Assembly: GCA_965216875.1 (NCBI GenBank)
Contig: OZ244207.1
Span: 1,856,001 to 1,920,000, forward strand
Direction of reading: 5' to 3'
From: Rubripirellula sp.
GTDB lineage: Bacteria > Planctomycetota > Planctomycetia > Pirellulales > Pirellulaceae
DNA length: 64,000 nt
How positions within the stretch are numbered: position 1 is the stretch's first letter; every line of letters begins with the position of its first letter. Below are positions 31,997 to 42,063 of the stretch, piece by piece. Below the pieces are notes generated by a model that worked only from the letters and a program-made list of their open reading frames with translations, ran no database searches and was not told where the DNA came from. Position numbers and translations under genes: made by a program.

Positions 31997-34900
31997 ATGC
32001 GCAAGGAAGTAATACGCTCGCTCATCTATTGGCCCGCGGTTGTTTCGGCAACCGTGGTCGGTGTTGCATGGCTATCCGCCCCCGATGGGCCAAGCACACA
32101 GTGGCTATTGACCGCGATTGAATCGATCGAGTTTGAATCGGAAACGGGGCGCAGTTGGCCGCAGCGACCGGTGGTGTTCAACGAAGCCGAGTTAGCGGCC
32201 TGGCCCGTCCCCGATGAATCGGGCCCCGCATCACTTTCCGATCTCGAAGTGCCGAGTGTCGATTTCAAGGTGCTCGAGCGCGAACAAGCACACTCGCTCG
32301 AACTGCCTGCCCGACTCGCTGGTGCTCGCAAGCAATCGCTTGAATCGAAAGCTAACGAAAACGAAGCCAAAGCAAAGACCATCAAGGCTCCCGTGCGCAA
32401 TGAGCGGCAAGAAATCGCTGGTCTGATTTTGCAAGAGCCGCGACTCCCTGGCCTCGATCTGACACCGCTGGTCGAGTCGCTTCGTGAATCTTCCGAAGCA
32501 GAAACGAACGACGACCAGCAAGTTCAGGACGCGCGAGAGGGTTCCGATGATTTCGTCGGCCCGCCGCGCCCCGAATATGTCGTGATCGAAGAGGAGATTG
32601 AAAGCTCGTCGATTCTTCCGAAGTCCGTTTCGGCACTGGGCAACCTTGTCGAACCTGACGTCGAGGCGATTGATCAAGACGAAAGCCAAATCACCCTTGC
32701 GTTGCCGACGGAACTTGAGGCTACAGGTGAGCCCGCCGTCGATGCTGAGAAAGAGGTGGTTGAAGATGAGGTTCAATCGGCAAGCGATTCGCTGACACTT
32801 TCGCAGGCAGAGGTCGAGCCTGAAGCTGTGCCTCCTATTCCAGTGATTGTGGAAACGGAACAGCAAACCGATGCGTTGCCAGAAGTGATCAAGGCAGAAC
32901 CAGCACTTCCAGAAACAGCCAACGTTGTGCGCACCGAAACACCCCAGCGCCCGGAAATCCGCGTTGGACCGGCCGCTTGGCCCGTGACCAATGCGCTCGA
33001 CTTGTCGCTCAAGTCGCTTGAAGGTACCGCGGCATCGGAGTGGGCCGAAAAGGTTTCCCAGCAGTTGACGGCACTTCGCCAATTGGCTCGGATCGGCGCG
33101 CCTGAATCGGGTCAATTGCTTGACGAACTGGACGAACTCGCAACGCAAGGCCTCGAGAGTGCGGAGGAGATCTCCGATCGGGATGTCCAGATCCAATGGC
33201 TCCGTACGGCGTTCGCCGTCAAACGACGTGTCGCTGTTTGGAATCCGATTTGGTCTGTCGCGAGCGACGAGGATCCGACTTGGATGGTCAGCGATCAAGA
33301 TTCGCTGGTCAGCGAGGAGATTGACCAAGTCATCGCAAGCGTCCGCAACGACCTTGAAGAAACCGGCGATCAGGCCGCTTGGTCGCGCTACCTGATGCTC
33401 GATCAAGTCGCCAATATGAGCGAAACGACTGAGTACCGCCAACGCCAGGTGATTGCTCAGCGTTTGTTGTCTCGTTTGCAGTGGCATGGCCTGGATGACG
33501 AACATCTGCGTTGGCTAAACCGTGATTCGGTGGCTGACTTGGCAGAAACGATTCGTCCTTGGGCTCGCAGCGCCGTCGACTACGCACAACTGATGCAGCA
33601 GATGGAACGCCGCGAATCGGATGCGATCGATTTGGCCGCCATCGATATCGCCGGCGTGGTGCAGACGCTTCGATTTGCGGAGAGCCAAAAGGCGACCTCG
33701 GTAGCCACAGCACTCGATACCTACTACCGCAACGCAAACGTTCGTACTGCGATTAGCGATACGCTGCTACAGCGTTTCTTGCCAACGGTCGAGACGCAGG
33801 TGAAGCCGGTTCGGGAACGCATGTTTGGCAGTAACATTCGTGGCACAAGCCAAATCGACAGCGACTTGCAGATTGCGTTGTCGCCTTCGCCAGACCGTTG
33901 GAACATTTGTCTGAAAACGCTCGGCGATGTTCGGACCAACTCGACCGGCTACAACGGTCCGGTTGCGCTGCGAACGCGTGGCCAATCACGATTCGTCGCC
34001 GAGACGCCGATTGTTGTCACCCGCAAAGGAGCCACCATCGGGAACTCGGTGGTCAACGCCACAGGCACGACGCGACTGCGCGGCATTCGGACTGACTATG
34101 ACGGCTGGCCGCTGATCGGGTCGCTCACGAAGAGCTATGCCGAGAGCCAGTACCAGGCGATCGCTGCGAAGTCGAATCGCGTGGCCAACCGCAAGATTCA
34201 AAAGCAGGTTGGTGACGAAATTGACACGCGTTTGACTCAATCGGTCAACGAGTCCTCGGAGAAACTGAGTGACTTGGTGCTCGGCCCGCTTGGCCGCTTG
34301 CAGCTCGATCCGAAAGTGGTTGACATGCAAACGACCGAGTCGAGGATTTTGGCACGCTATCGATTGGCCGGTGACTGGCAGCTCGCTGCATTCACCCCGC
34401 GGCCACGAGCTCCTCGCTCGAGTTTGATGAGCGTTCAGGTGCATCAGTCGGCAATCAACAACACGCTTGAGCAGCTTGTACCCAAGGACGAGCCAAAGTT
34501 GATTCAGGAGATCTTTAGCGATTCGTTGGTGTTGTTCGGAAGCGACGAGCGTGAATTGCCGGACGACATGCCCGATGACGTCAGCGTGCAATTTGCAAAG
34601 ACACGTCCGATCACGATCGAAGTCGAAGACGGCAGTCTTTGGGTGACGCTTCGCGTGATGAAGCTGACGCGTGGCAAGAAGCTGAATCTAAAACGATTCA
34701 TCGTCCGTGCACGTTACTTGCCACAATACGACGGTTTGAATGCGTCGCTCGTTCGCGAAGGCCATCTCAGTATCAGCGGTCCGCGAATGTCGATGCGTGA
34801 CCGGCTGCCGCTGCGAGCGATCTTCAACAAGGTGCTCTCGCCAAATCGACCGCTGCAACTCACTTTGCCTCGCTTGGTCGAACATCCAGCAGCCGAAGGG

Positions 34901-35023
34901 TTGGCGATTAGCCAGCTGGAACTGCGTGACGGTTGGATCGCACTTGCCGTTAGTGAAGCGGCGGCACCAAAGATCGCCATTCGTCGTCCCGCCGACCTGC
35001 AGCCATCAACAGTGCTGCGGTAA
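31997..35023 (+). CDS. Large planctomycete hypothetical protein with N-terminal TM and acidic linker
   Basis: 1008-aa ORF: TM near the N-terminus, E/P-rich linker, helical middle, beta-rich C-terminal half. Confidence 0.8.
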   Translation: MRKEVIRSLIYWPAVVSATVVGVAWLSAPDGPSTQWLLTAIESIEFESETGRSWPQRPVVFNEAELAAWPVPDESGPASLSDLEVPSVDFKVLEREQAHSLELPARLAGARKQSLESKANENEAKAKTIKAPVRNERQEIAGLILQEPRLPGLDLTPLVESLRESSEAETNDDQQVQDAREGSDDFVGPPRPEYVVIEEEIESSSILPKSVSALGNLVEPDVEAIDQDESQITLALPTELEATGEPAVDAEKEVVEDEVQSASDSLTLSQAEVEPEAVPPIPVIVETEQQTDALPEVIKAEPALPETANVVRTETPQRPEIRVGPAAWPVTNALDLSLKSLEGTAASEWAEKVSQQLTALRQLARIGAPESGQLLDELDELATQGLESAEEISDRDVQIQWLRTAFAVKRRVAVWNPIWSVASDEDPTWMVSDQDSLVSEEIDQVIASVRNDLEETGDQAAWSRYLMLDQVANMSETTEYRQRQVIAQRLLSRLQWHGLDDEHLRWLNRDSVADLAETIRPWARSAVDYAQLMQQMERRESDAIDLAAIDIAGVVQTLRFAESQKATSVATALDTYYRNANVRTAISDTLLQRFLPTVETQVKPVRERMFGSNIRGTSQIDSDLQIALSPSPDRWNICLKTLGDVRTNSTGYNGPVALRTRGQSRFVAETPIVVTRKGATIGNSVVNATGTTRLRGIRTDYDGWPLIGSLTKSYAESQYQAIAAKSNRVANRKIQKQVGDEIDTRLTQSVNESSEKLSDLVLGPLGRLQLDPKVVDMQTTESRILARYRLAGDWQLAAFTPRPRAPRSSLMSVQVHQSAINNTLEQLVPKDEPKLIQEIFSDSLVLFGSDERELPDDMPDDVSVQFAKTRPITIEVEDGSLWVTLRVMKLTRGKKLNLKRFIVRARYLPQYDGLNASLVREGHLSISGPRMSMRDRLPLRAIFNKVLSPNRPLQLTLPRLVEHPAAEGLAISQLELRDGWIALAVSEAAAPKIAIRRPADLQPSTVLR

Positions 35024-35062
35024 AAGTCCCGGCGACTGTCCGTTCGCGACGGCTTCGGTCTT

Positions 35063-35102
35063 GGCTGCAGATGCGGTGCATTCTCCTCTTGCATCTGCAG
35101 CC
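35063..35102. terminator. Hairpin between convergent genes
   Basis: GGCTGCAGATGC-N16-GCATCTGCAGCC, a 12-bp stem. Confidence 0.45.
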
Positions 35103-35118
35103 CGCGATTGACCGACGC

Positions 35119-36201
35119 CTAGGAGTCGATCCCCGCAAGTTCGCAAAGATGCGCCTGAGCCACTGGCTGTGGGCAACTCCAAACTAGAAAAAACAAAGCC
35201 TCCCGGCACCAACGACCAACCGCATGTCCTTCCAAGAATCCAGCACCCTTTGCCGCAGTCAACGCCGCTTGGGTGGTGCGCAACACAAGCCGATTCGCAT
35301 TGCCGCGGATGTTCGACGCGTCGCAGGCGGCGTCACCGGCGGCCGCGCGCAGCAGCGTTTCTTCAAGCTGGCGAACATCGGCGTCCAGCTGAGACACCGC
35401 CATACGCAAGTCATCTCTTCGGCTGGCTTCTTGCTGCAGGAAGTGCATCGCAGCTTTGGAAAGCCCGATCGCGAGTGTGGAGGTTTGCAAGCCGCCGGTG
35501 CCCGCGCCGACTCCGGTGCGCATCACGTTTTCGATCGGTCCGGCAAGGATCATCTCTTGGTCGACATGAACGTTGTCGAATTCGAGGCGGTCAGTGCAGC
35601 TGGCGGTCAACGAGACGAGAGCCGCACCAGGACCTGGACGCACTCCCTCAGTCTCTCGCTCGACGGCCGCAAGGATTTCGCGTCCGTCGTCGAGTGTCGC
35701 TCCCACGACGTAAAGATCGCCGTGCGGGACTCCGGTGACCCAGGGCGAGAGCCCGTTAAGCAAGAATCCGCTCTCGGTAGGCTCCGATTGAAGAGCCGGC
35801 TTGCCCAGATGGCGGCTACTGGTCGTCAGGTGACTGATACCGACGGTCGCGAACGAGCTTCCCGAAACGAGGGGCTCAAGCCATCGGTCGGCGACGGCTC
35901 GGTTCTCGCTTCCCGCGATGCGACGAATCGCACCCATGTACTGCGTGATCACGAATGTCGTGTTCAGATCGGCTTGTGCCAGTCGGAGGTAGCCGCGAGT
36001 CTGATCTCGATCGGACCATCCGTAGCCGCCGACTTCGGCTCCCAAAAACCAGCGGTAAACTCCCGCTTGTCCGCACAACCGAAGCGTCTCGCTCGGCCAC
36101 GCCGCCACGGAGTTTTCACCCGAGACCGACTCGGCGATTCGCTCACAGAGCTGGTCAAGTTCAGGACTATCGGGCGTCTCGACCGGCATTACTCGGTTCA
36201 T
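35119..36201 (-). CDS. Acyl-CoA dehydrogenase family protein
   Basis: 'GG.GWS', 'LNG..PWVTG', 'L.FDNV.V', 'G..GFL......RW.RE'. Confidence 0.8.
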   Translation of the reverse strand: MNRVMPVETPDSPELDQLCERIAESVSGENSVAAWPSETLRLCGQAGVYRWFLGAEVGGYGWSDRDQTRGYLRLAQADLNTTFVITQYMGAIRRIAGSENRAVADRWLEPLVSGSSFATVGISHLTTSSRHLGKPALQSEPTESGFLLNGLSPWVTGVPHGDLYVVGATLDDGREILAAVERETEGVRPGPGAALVSLTASCTDRLEFDNVHVDQEMILAGPIENVMRTGVGAGTGGLQTSTLAIGLSKAAMHFLQQEASRRDDLRMAVSQLDADVRQLEETLLRAAAGDAACDASNIRGNANRLVLRTTQAALTAAKGAGFLEGHAVGRWCREALFFLVWSCPQPVAQAHLCELAGIDS

Positions 36202-36650
36202 AAGGGCTTCCAATGGGCCCAGGCCGTGGCTGGGCGGGTTCGGTGCAGCGGGCGAGATTTCGATGCGCGTTCTCGGCGCCCGCCTACGCGTGATCATCTA
36301 AGAACCGTGCACGATGGTTCACTGCCGAAGTATTGGGCCTCGCGTCCGATTCGGCAAGAAGACGATCCCCCTTGCCGCCCTTCTTACCAGTTTTGCCAGA
36401 AGGCTCCGAGCAAACCGCCGCGAAGCCCTGGTTTGCGAGAGAAGTGCCGCACGGAGCCTAGTTTCTGGTTCTGTTTTGGTGAGGAAATCGTTATCTTTCT
36501 GGGGCACACGTGAGCATCCCGGTGCGAGGATCGCCCACGGCGAAGAGAGATCGTCGTAGGAAATGGAATGATTGACGGATGACTTGGTGGTCGGCACCCG
36601 AATTGCCGTTCACCTCCACGAACTAACCTAAAGAGTATCAGCGAGCTTTC

Positions 36651-38861
36651 ATGAGCCAGACCGAACTTCCCCCGCCTGTCTCGCCGACATCGCCCCTTTT
36701 GACCCCCGATCCGGCCCACCATCACGCCGACGACTTGTATGGCAAGTTGTGGGCATTGGCAAACAACCTGTGGTGGAGTTGGCATCCGGAATGCGATCAG
36801 TTGTTTCGCGACATCGACCCGATTCGATGGCGACAGCTCGACCACAACCCGGTTGCTTTGTTGCGCGAATTGACCCCGGAACAACTTGCCGAACGTGCCA
36901 GCGAATTGGTTTTGCATAGCCGAATCAATTACGCCTACCGAAGACTGCAAGAGTACTTGGCGAGTAACTCAAGTTGGGCGGCAACCAACGCAGGCGTCTT
37001 GGGCGCAAAGCCGGTTGCCTATTTCTCGGCCGAGTTTGGTATCCATGAGTCGGTACCGATCTACAGTGGCGGTCTTGGCGTTCTCGCGGGCGACCATATC
37101 AAGAGTGCCTCTGGATTGGGCGTGCCACTGGTTGGCGTTGGTCTGTATTACTCGCAAGGCTACTTCCGCCAGTACCTGGACGAAGAAGGCTATCAGCGCG
37201 AAGACTATTTGGTCACGCAAATCGACAACCTGCCAATGCAACCAGCGTTGGACAAAGATGGCAAGCCGATCACGGTTTCGATCGATACCCGAAACGGCCA
37301 ATTGCTCGCCAAGGTTTGGCTGATGCATGTGGGGCGCGTCCGCCTTTACCTGCTCGATTGCAATGTCGAAGGCAACAAACCCGAAGACCGTGAATTGACC
37401 AGCCGCCTTTACGGTGGTGACCAACGCACTCGGATTCGCCAAGAGCTTGTGCTTGGCGTTGGTGGCGTCAAAGCACTCAGCGCTTTGGGAATCGATCCAG
37501 GCGTCTATCACCTCAATGAAGGCCACTCGGCGTTTGGTGCTCTGCAAGTCATCAATAAGTTGATGCAAGAAGATGGGATGACGTTTGCCGAAGCACAGCA
37601 TCAAGCGGCACGCATGACTTGCTTCACCACGCACACGCCCGTTCCCGCTGGCCACGACCGTTTCCCGCCAGAATTGGTTGAAGAACACCTGGGGCCGCTG
37701 CGTGACTCTCTTGGCATTTCCGAAAAGGATTTGCTCGGACTCGGACGCGTCGATGTCAACAACGACTCCGAGACGTTCTGCATGACCGTGATCGGATTCA
37801 AGATGAGCCGCTACGCCAATGCGGTGAGTAACTTGCACGGCGTTGTGTCACGCAAAATGTGGGCTCACATGTTCCCCGATCGCCCCGAAGATGATGTGCC
37901 GATTGGACACATCACCAACGGCGTTCACGTTCCGTCATGGTTGGCTGGCCAAATGGCACAGCTGTATGACAAGCATTTCCCCAGCGACTGGAAGAGTCGA
38001 ATCTACGACCCCGAGGCGTGGAGTTCGATTCACTCGGTCGATCCGGGCGAGCTTTGGGAGACGCACAACGCGCTGAAGAACAATCTGCTCTCGTTCGTTC
38101 GACGACGAGTCAGTCGGCAGTGTCGTCGTCGCGGCGAAAGTGACACCGTGGTCGAAGCAGCCCGCCGCGTGCTTGATCCACGCGTGCTGACGATCGGTTT
38201 CGGGCGTCGCTTTGCTACCTACAAGCGTGCAAACCTGTTGTTCAGCGAAATCGATCGTATCGCCGGGATCTTGCAGGATACCGACCGTCCCGTGCAGCTG
38301 ATTTACGCCGGAAAGGCTCACCCGAAAGACGAACCGGGCAAACGCTTTATCCAAGAGATTTCGAACCTTCGTCACGACCCACGTTTCCAAGGGCGTGTGG
38401 CCTTTATTGAGGACTACGACATCAACGTTTGTCGTCACTTGATTCAGGGCGTCGACGTTTGGCTGAACAATCCACGTCGCCCGCTTGAGGCCAGTGGTAC
38501 CAGTGGCCAAAAGGTTGTGCTCAACGGCGGACTCAATTGCAGCATCCTCGATGGTTGGTGGGGCGAAGCCTACAACGGTGTCAATGGTTTCGCGATCGGA
38601 CAGGGGCGAAGTCATCGTGATGACGAGATCACGGATGCTCGCGATGCCGAAGCACTGTACGACACGATCGAGAATCAGGTGATTCCCTGTTACTACGATC
38701 GCGATGCCGATGGCCTTCCCAAGGCATGGATCAACCGCATGATGCACAGCATCAGCACGCTGGCTTGGCGATTTAGTAGTCACCGAATGGTGGCCGACTA
38801 TACCGTCCACGGTTACCTTTGGGCGGCCGGCGGCGTGACCTGCGACATGCGGTATCGCTAG
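36651..38861 (+). CDS. glgP: Alpha-glucan phosphorylase (DUF3417-type N-terminus)
   Basis: 'NLWWSW', 'YFSAEFG..YSGGLG.LAGD', 'HLNEGH', 'RRFATYKR', PLP motif 'EASGTSGQK'. Confidence 0.95.
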   Translation: MSQTELPPPVSPTSPLLTPDPAHHHADDLYGKLWALANNLWWSWHPECDQLFRDIDPIRWRQLDHNPVALLRELTPEQLAERASELVLHSRINYAYRRLQEYLASNSSWAATNAGVLGAKPVAYFSAEFGIHESVPIYSGGLGVLAGDHIKSASGLGVPLVGVGLYYSQGYFRQYLDEEGYQREDYLVTQIDNLPMQPALDKDGKPITVSIDTRNGQLLAKVWLMHVGRVRLYLLDCNVEGNKPEDRELTSRLYGGDQRTRIRQELVLGVGGVKALSALGIDPGVYHLNEGHSAFGALQVINKLMQEDGMTFAEAQHQAARMTCFTTHTPVPAGHDRFPPELVEEHLGPLRDSLGISEKDLLGLGRVDVNNDSETFCMTVIGFKMSRYANAVSNLHGVVSRKMWAHMFPDRPEDDVPIGHITNGVHVPSWLAGQMAQLYDKHFPSDWKSRIYDPEAWSSIHSVDPGELWETHNALKNNLLSFVRRRVSRQCRRRGESDTVVEAARRVLDPRVLTIGFGRRFATYKRANLLFSEIDRIAGILQDTDRPVQLIYAGKAHPKDEPGKRFIQEISNLRHDPRFQGRVAFIEDYDINVCRHLIQGVDVWLNNPRRPLEASGTSGQKVVLNGGLNCSILDGWWGEAYNGVNGFAIGQGRSHRDDEITDARDAEALYDTIENQVIPCYYDRDADGLPKAWINRMMHSISTLAWRFSSHRMVADYTVHGYLWAAGGVTCDMRYR

Positions 38862-38868
38862 GCAATAG

Positions 38869-38963
38869 GTAGGTCATGCTGTGCATGACAACGCGTGAAT
38901 TGTCATGCGGAGCATGACCTACGGAATGACACCGCATGAATTGTCATGCGAAGCATGATCTAC
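38869..38963. repeat. GTAG-type REP cluster (inverted pair plus a third copy; REPIN/BIME-like)
   Basis: GTAGGTCATGCTGTGCATGACAA, then TTGTCATGCGGAGCATGACCTAC, then TTGTCATGCGAAGCATGATCTAC, between convergent genes. Confidence 0.85.
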
Positions 38964-39604
38964 AGGATCCCGAGCACCTCACCAACTTTCTTAGTCATGG
39001 CTTGACCGAGGACGTTGGTTTGATCGGCCGTGAGGTGCACACCATCTTCGTCGCTGGTTGTGATCACGCTTCCAGCATCGAAGAATTCGCAATCATTCGC
39101 ATGGGCGATGTTCCGATAGGCTTCGGCAAGCCCCACTGATTTCTTGTCGCCACCGGTGAATTTCGGTGTGATGAAACCTCGTGGTGGTTTTAACGCTGGC
39201 GGGGCCATCACCATGATCTTCGGAACACCCATGGTCGGTTCGATCGGCGCTGATCGAACCGCCGTGATCAACGTTTGAATACCGAGCGCGGACAAGTCGG
39301 CGTTGTAGGCATGCATCGACTGAAAGTCATTCACTCCAAGTGCGATGATCACCATCGCGAGAGGCGTGTTGACCTCGATCCGTTGTTGAAGTCCGATCAA
39401 TCCGTTGCGGCCCTCTTTGAAGGGATCTTCAAGGACCGTGCGCCGACCGTTCAAGCAGTCCTCGATCATTCTCACGTTGGGGCTGCCCGCGTTCAAATTG
39501 GCTTCGACGATGCCGGGCCAACGTTGCTCGAAAGGCAGGCGTTCGCGAGTGCCCGGAATGATTCCCCAGGTCAGTGAATCGCCATAGACAAGGATTTGTT
39601 TCAC
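38960..39604 (-). CDS. SGNH/GDSL hydrolase
   Basis: 'GDSLTWG', 'LNGR', 'LGVND', 'DGVH'. GTG start assumed. Confidence 0.9.
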   Translation of the reverse strand: MKQILVYGDSLTWGIIPGTRERLPFEQRWPGIVEANLNAGSPNVRMIEDCLNGRRTVLEDPFKEGRNGLIGLQQRIEVNTPLAMVIIALGVNDFQSMHAYNADLSALGIQTLITAVRSAPIEPTMGVPKIMVMAPPALKPPRGFITPKFTGGDKKSVGLAEAYRNIAHANDCEFFDAGSVITTSDEDGVHLTADQTNVLGQAMTKKVGEVLGIL

Positions 39605-39658
39605 GTCATGTGCCTCTGCAGGTATCCGGATGTGACGCACTGTTGAAACAAAAAACGG

Positions 39659-39840
39659 ATCGCATTTCAAGCGGGCGTGTTTGTGGCCGTGAGCCGCTGG
39701 CCGTCAGGCCTCGGGCCCTTGCCGACGCGCAGCGAGCGTGAAGGCGATCAAGGCCCGGCCGCTTACGCGATCGCGGCTCAGTTGTGTGAACTTGGCGAGG
39801 GTTTCTGCTGGTGGAAGCGCAATTCAATCCATAGCACTAG
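39659..39840 (-). repeat. Dispersed non-coding element, copy of 11480-11664
   Basis: Reverse complement reads CTAGTGCTATGGATTGAATTGCGCTTCCACCAGCAGAAA...GAGCCGCGATCGCG...GGGCCCGAGGC...CGGCTCACGG. Confidence 0.9.
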
Positions 39841-41900
39841 CGGGCATGCACGACGGTGTTCCCACGCTCGACCACATAGGCAAAGTCGAGTTCGCCCTCG
39901 TGAGATTTTGGGTGCTTGGCCGTATAGGGAGACCAAGTGTGAAGTTGCCCGCGGTCCGCAAAGTGGTAGTAGAGGACGTGCTTCAAGAACCGTTCGTCGA
40001 AACAGTACATGTACCAATGAGAACCCCAGCCAAATGCGTGTTTTCCGATTGGACGGTTGTAGGGAGTGGGGAGCTCTTCCTTTGAATAGGCCCAGCGCCG
40101 TTCACTCATTGCGCCTTGTCGACGATACGCCATGAATCCTCGCATCGTCGATTTCATGTCAACGTCGAATCGAGCCGGACACGCAACAATGCGACTCGCC
40201 AGGATGGTTGCGTAGTTTTTCGCATCGTTCCTTCCGGAGGAGACGCGGTAGCCGTTGTTGCAATAGAAACCGCCCAGACGCCCCAGCACAGATCTGTCAT
40301 CGTGCGTGAATGAACTGACGATCAATTTCTTTCGCCTGAGTGGTTCATCAATGTCGGCAACCAAAACGGTTTCCAAGCTGCGGTCGTCAAAGGCAAGGAA
40401 CCGCCAAAGGGCTCCGGGGCTCGCGCCGATGGTATTGTTGCGCATCCGCAACAACTCAATCTGCTGATGGTTGCCAAAGGATTCGCACGCATCACGCCAC
40501 AACTTGGGTTCAACGTAGAGTCTCAATTTCCAGTCGGGCCAAGATCGCAATTCAGCGACGCGTGCGTGCAACGCTTGCCAGTATTTTTCGCGCCACTTGG
40601 CATCGTCCACGTCGGATTCGTTTTCTGACGTGTTGTCAGGGTGGCACTTGAAGAGACTTGCCGAGATGCAACGCGTGTGGGGCCTTAGTCGATCGATGTC
40701 GTATTCATACGGATCGCAGGTGAGTTCGCCCGATTCGATGAACGCTTCTTGAAAAGCATCCTGCAAGTCTTCGCTGCAAAGCGTGTCAACGCTGACGGGC
40801 GGATACATCTGGGTGATGCAACCCGGTTTCGACTTGGGGTTGCCCCTTTTCTCGGAACTCAGCGTCGTGGCGGAACGCCCATTGATCTTTTTCGAAAGTT
40901 CGTCAAGTACTTGAAAGCTGAAGGCCTCGTGAGCGAGACCTGGGTGATAGCGGTTTTCTGTTGAAGGCTGCGGCGTCGAATCGTAGTGAGAGTCTTCGAG
41001 CTTGAATTTGTCGTTCACTCGGTGTTGGAAGATGACGTGACCACGGTAGTCCCGCTGCAGGATGCAGTGGGATTGAAAATGAGACTCAGGCCACATGCGA
41101 CCATAGGGCGTTCCCGTTCGTTGCCAGGCGAAGGGGAACGTGTCTTTGTCGCCCCAGATGTATCGATAGGAGATGTCGGCCGCTTCGTTATAGAAGCCCG
41201 CCAATCGTAGTTGTTTCCAGCAACGCTCGCGGTCCACCATCAGTTGTCCCGACTCGGCGAGCCGTCCGGTTGGCGGATCGATTTCGAACAGGTTGCAATT
41301 GGCCGTGTTGATCTTGGTCGGCGACGTCTTGAGGTCAGGCCAGATCACGGCGCCGTGGTCGCGAAAACCGCTCCACTCGAAAAGGTAGTTTGGTTCCTTG
41401 ACGGGAAAGCAGTCAGCATCAAGCAGTAGGACTTCGCGAAAACGTGAATTGAGTAGCGCATAAGACTTTAGCTGCCACCCTTTCCACCAATGCCAATCAA
41501 GGAAGCGAAACGGAGCTGTTTCTCTTAGCCGGTCGGCATTGACGAAGGTGACGTCGTACGCGGAAATCTCGTTCCCGATGGCCTCGTCAATTTCGCCATC
41601 GAAATGCCAAACCTCAATCGGTAGGTTGCAGCCGAGTTTGCGAATCACACGGACCGAAACATAAACCGAGGGCAAATAGGGCCCGCCGCCCACAATCACG
41701 ATTCCGCGATCGGCTTCGATGCGAGGCTCGACGGATGTGTCGTTGATGCGTCGCTGGACGGCGAGTTGGAAACCTTCAACGACATTGGGCCAAAGCCACC
41801 AGGGCCCACCCTCGCGTGGCTGCGCAGGTTGACTCAAGGTCGACGCTACCTCTTGCGGCGTCGAAGCCCGCGTGATTGCTGAAGTCGTGAGGCCGAGCAA
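39837..41900 (-). CDS. Two-domain putative glycosyltransferase: N-terminal GT71/MNN-like mannosyltransferase plus a second uncharacterised DxD domain
   Basis: 'RGIVI.GG', 'LPIEVW', 'GWQLK..A...S.F.EVLLLDAD', 'WPD', 'ESGQL', 'GDKDTF..AW'. C-terminal 'WPDWKLRLY', 'LWRFLAFDD', 'ADID'. TTG start with GGGAG 9 nt upstream. Confidence 0.75.
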   Translation of the reverse strand: MLGLTTSAITRASTPQEVASTLSQPAQPREGGPWWLWPNVVEGFQLAVQRRINDTSVEPRIEADRGIVIVGGGPYLPSVYVSVRVIRKLGCNLPIEVWHFDGEIDEAIGNEISAYDVTFVNADRLRETAPFRFLDWHWWKGWQLKSYALLNSRFREVLLLDADCFPVKEPNYLFEWSGFRDHGAVIWPDLKTSPTKINTANCNLFEIDPPTGRLAESGQLMVDRERCWKQLRLAGFYNEAADISYRYIWGDKDTFPFAWQRTGTPYGRMWPESHFQSHCILQRDYRGHVIFQHRVNDKFKLEDSHYDSTPQPSTENRYHPGLAHEAFSFQVLDELSKKINGRSATTLSSEKRGNPKSKPGCITQMYPPVSVDTLCSEDLQDAFQEAFIESGELTCDPYEYDIDRLRPHTRCISASLFKCHPDNTSENESDVDDAKWREKYWQALHARVAELRSWPDWKLRLYVEPKLWRDACESFGNHQQIELLRMRNNTIGASPGALWRFLAFDDRSLETVLVADIDEPLRRKKLIVSSFTHDDRSVLGRLGGFYCNNGYRVSSGRNDAKNYATILASRIVACPARFDVDMKSTMRGFMAYRRQGAMSERRWAYSKEELPTPYNRPIGKHAFGWGSHWYMYCFDERFLKHVLYYHFADRGQLHTWSPYTAKHPKSHEGELDFAYVVERGNTVVHAR

Positions 41901-41938
41901 TGCGAAGAGCTCCCGATTGCAGTTTTTCCCATTGGATG

Positions 41939-42010
41939 TAACCCCGTGCCCTAGCTACCAAGTGCCCGACTACCCCGTGCCCGGCTACCCCGTGCCCGGC
42001 TACCCCGTGG
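41939..42010. repeat. 15-bp tandem repeat, about 4.7 units
   Basis: TAACCCCGTGCCCTAGC / TACCAAGTGCCCGAC / TACCCCGTGCCCGGC / TACCCCGTGCCCGGC / TACCCCGTGG. Confidence 0.9.
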
Positions 42011-42063
42011 TAGGAATGCTCAGACAGGAAATCGGTGCTAAGGTTTCCGCCTTGATGGCGTGA

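Noticed and set aside
41939..42010. CRISPR-like array
   Set aside because: The units are contiguous, have no spacers and are too short. There are no cas genes in the window.
41872..42063. ORF with YPVPG repeats (elastin- or tag-like)
   Set aside because: It is only the translation of the 15-bp tandem repeat, antisense to the operon, with no other support.
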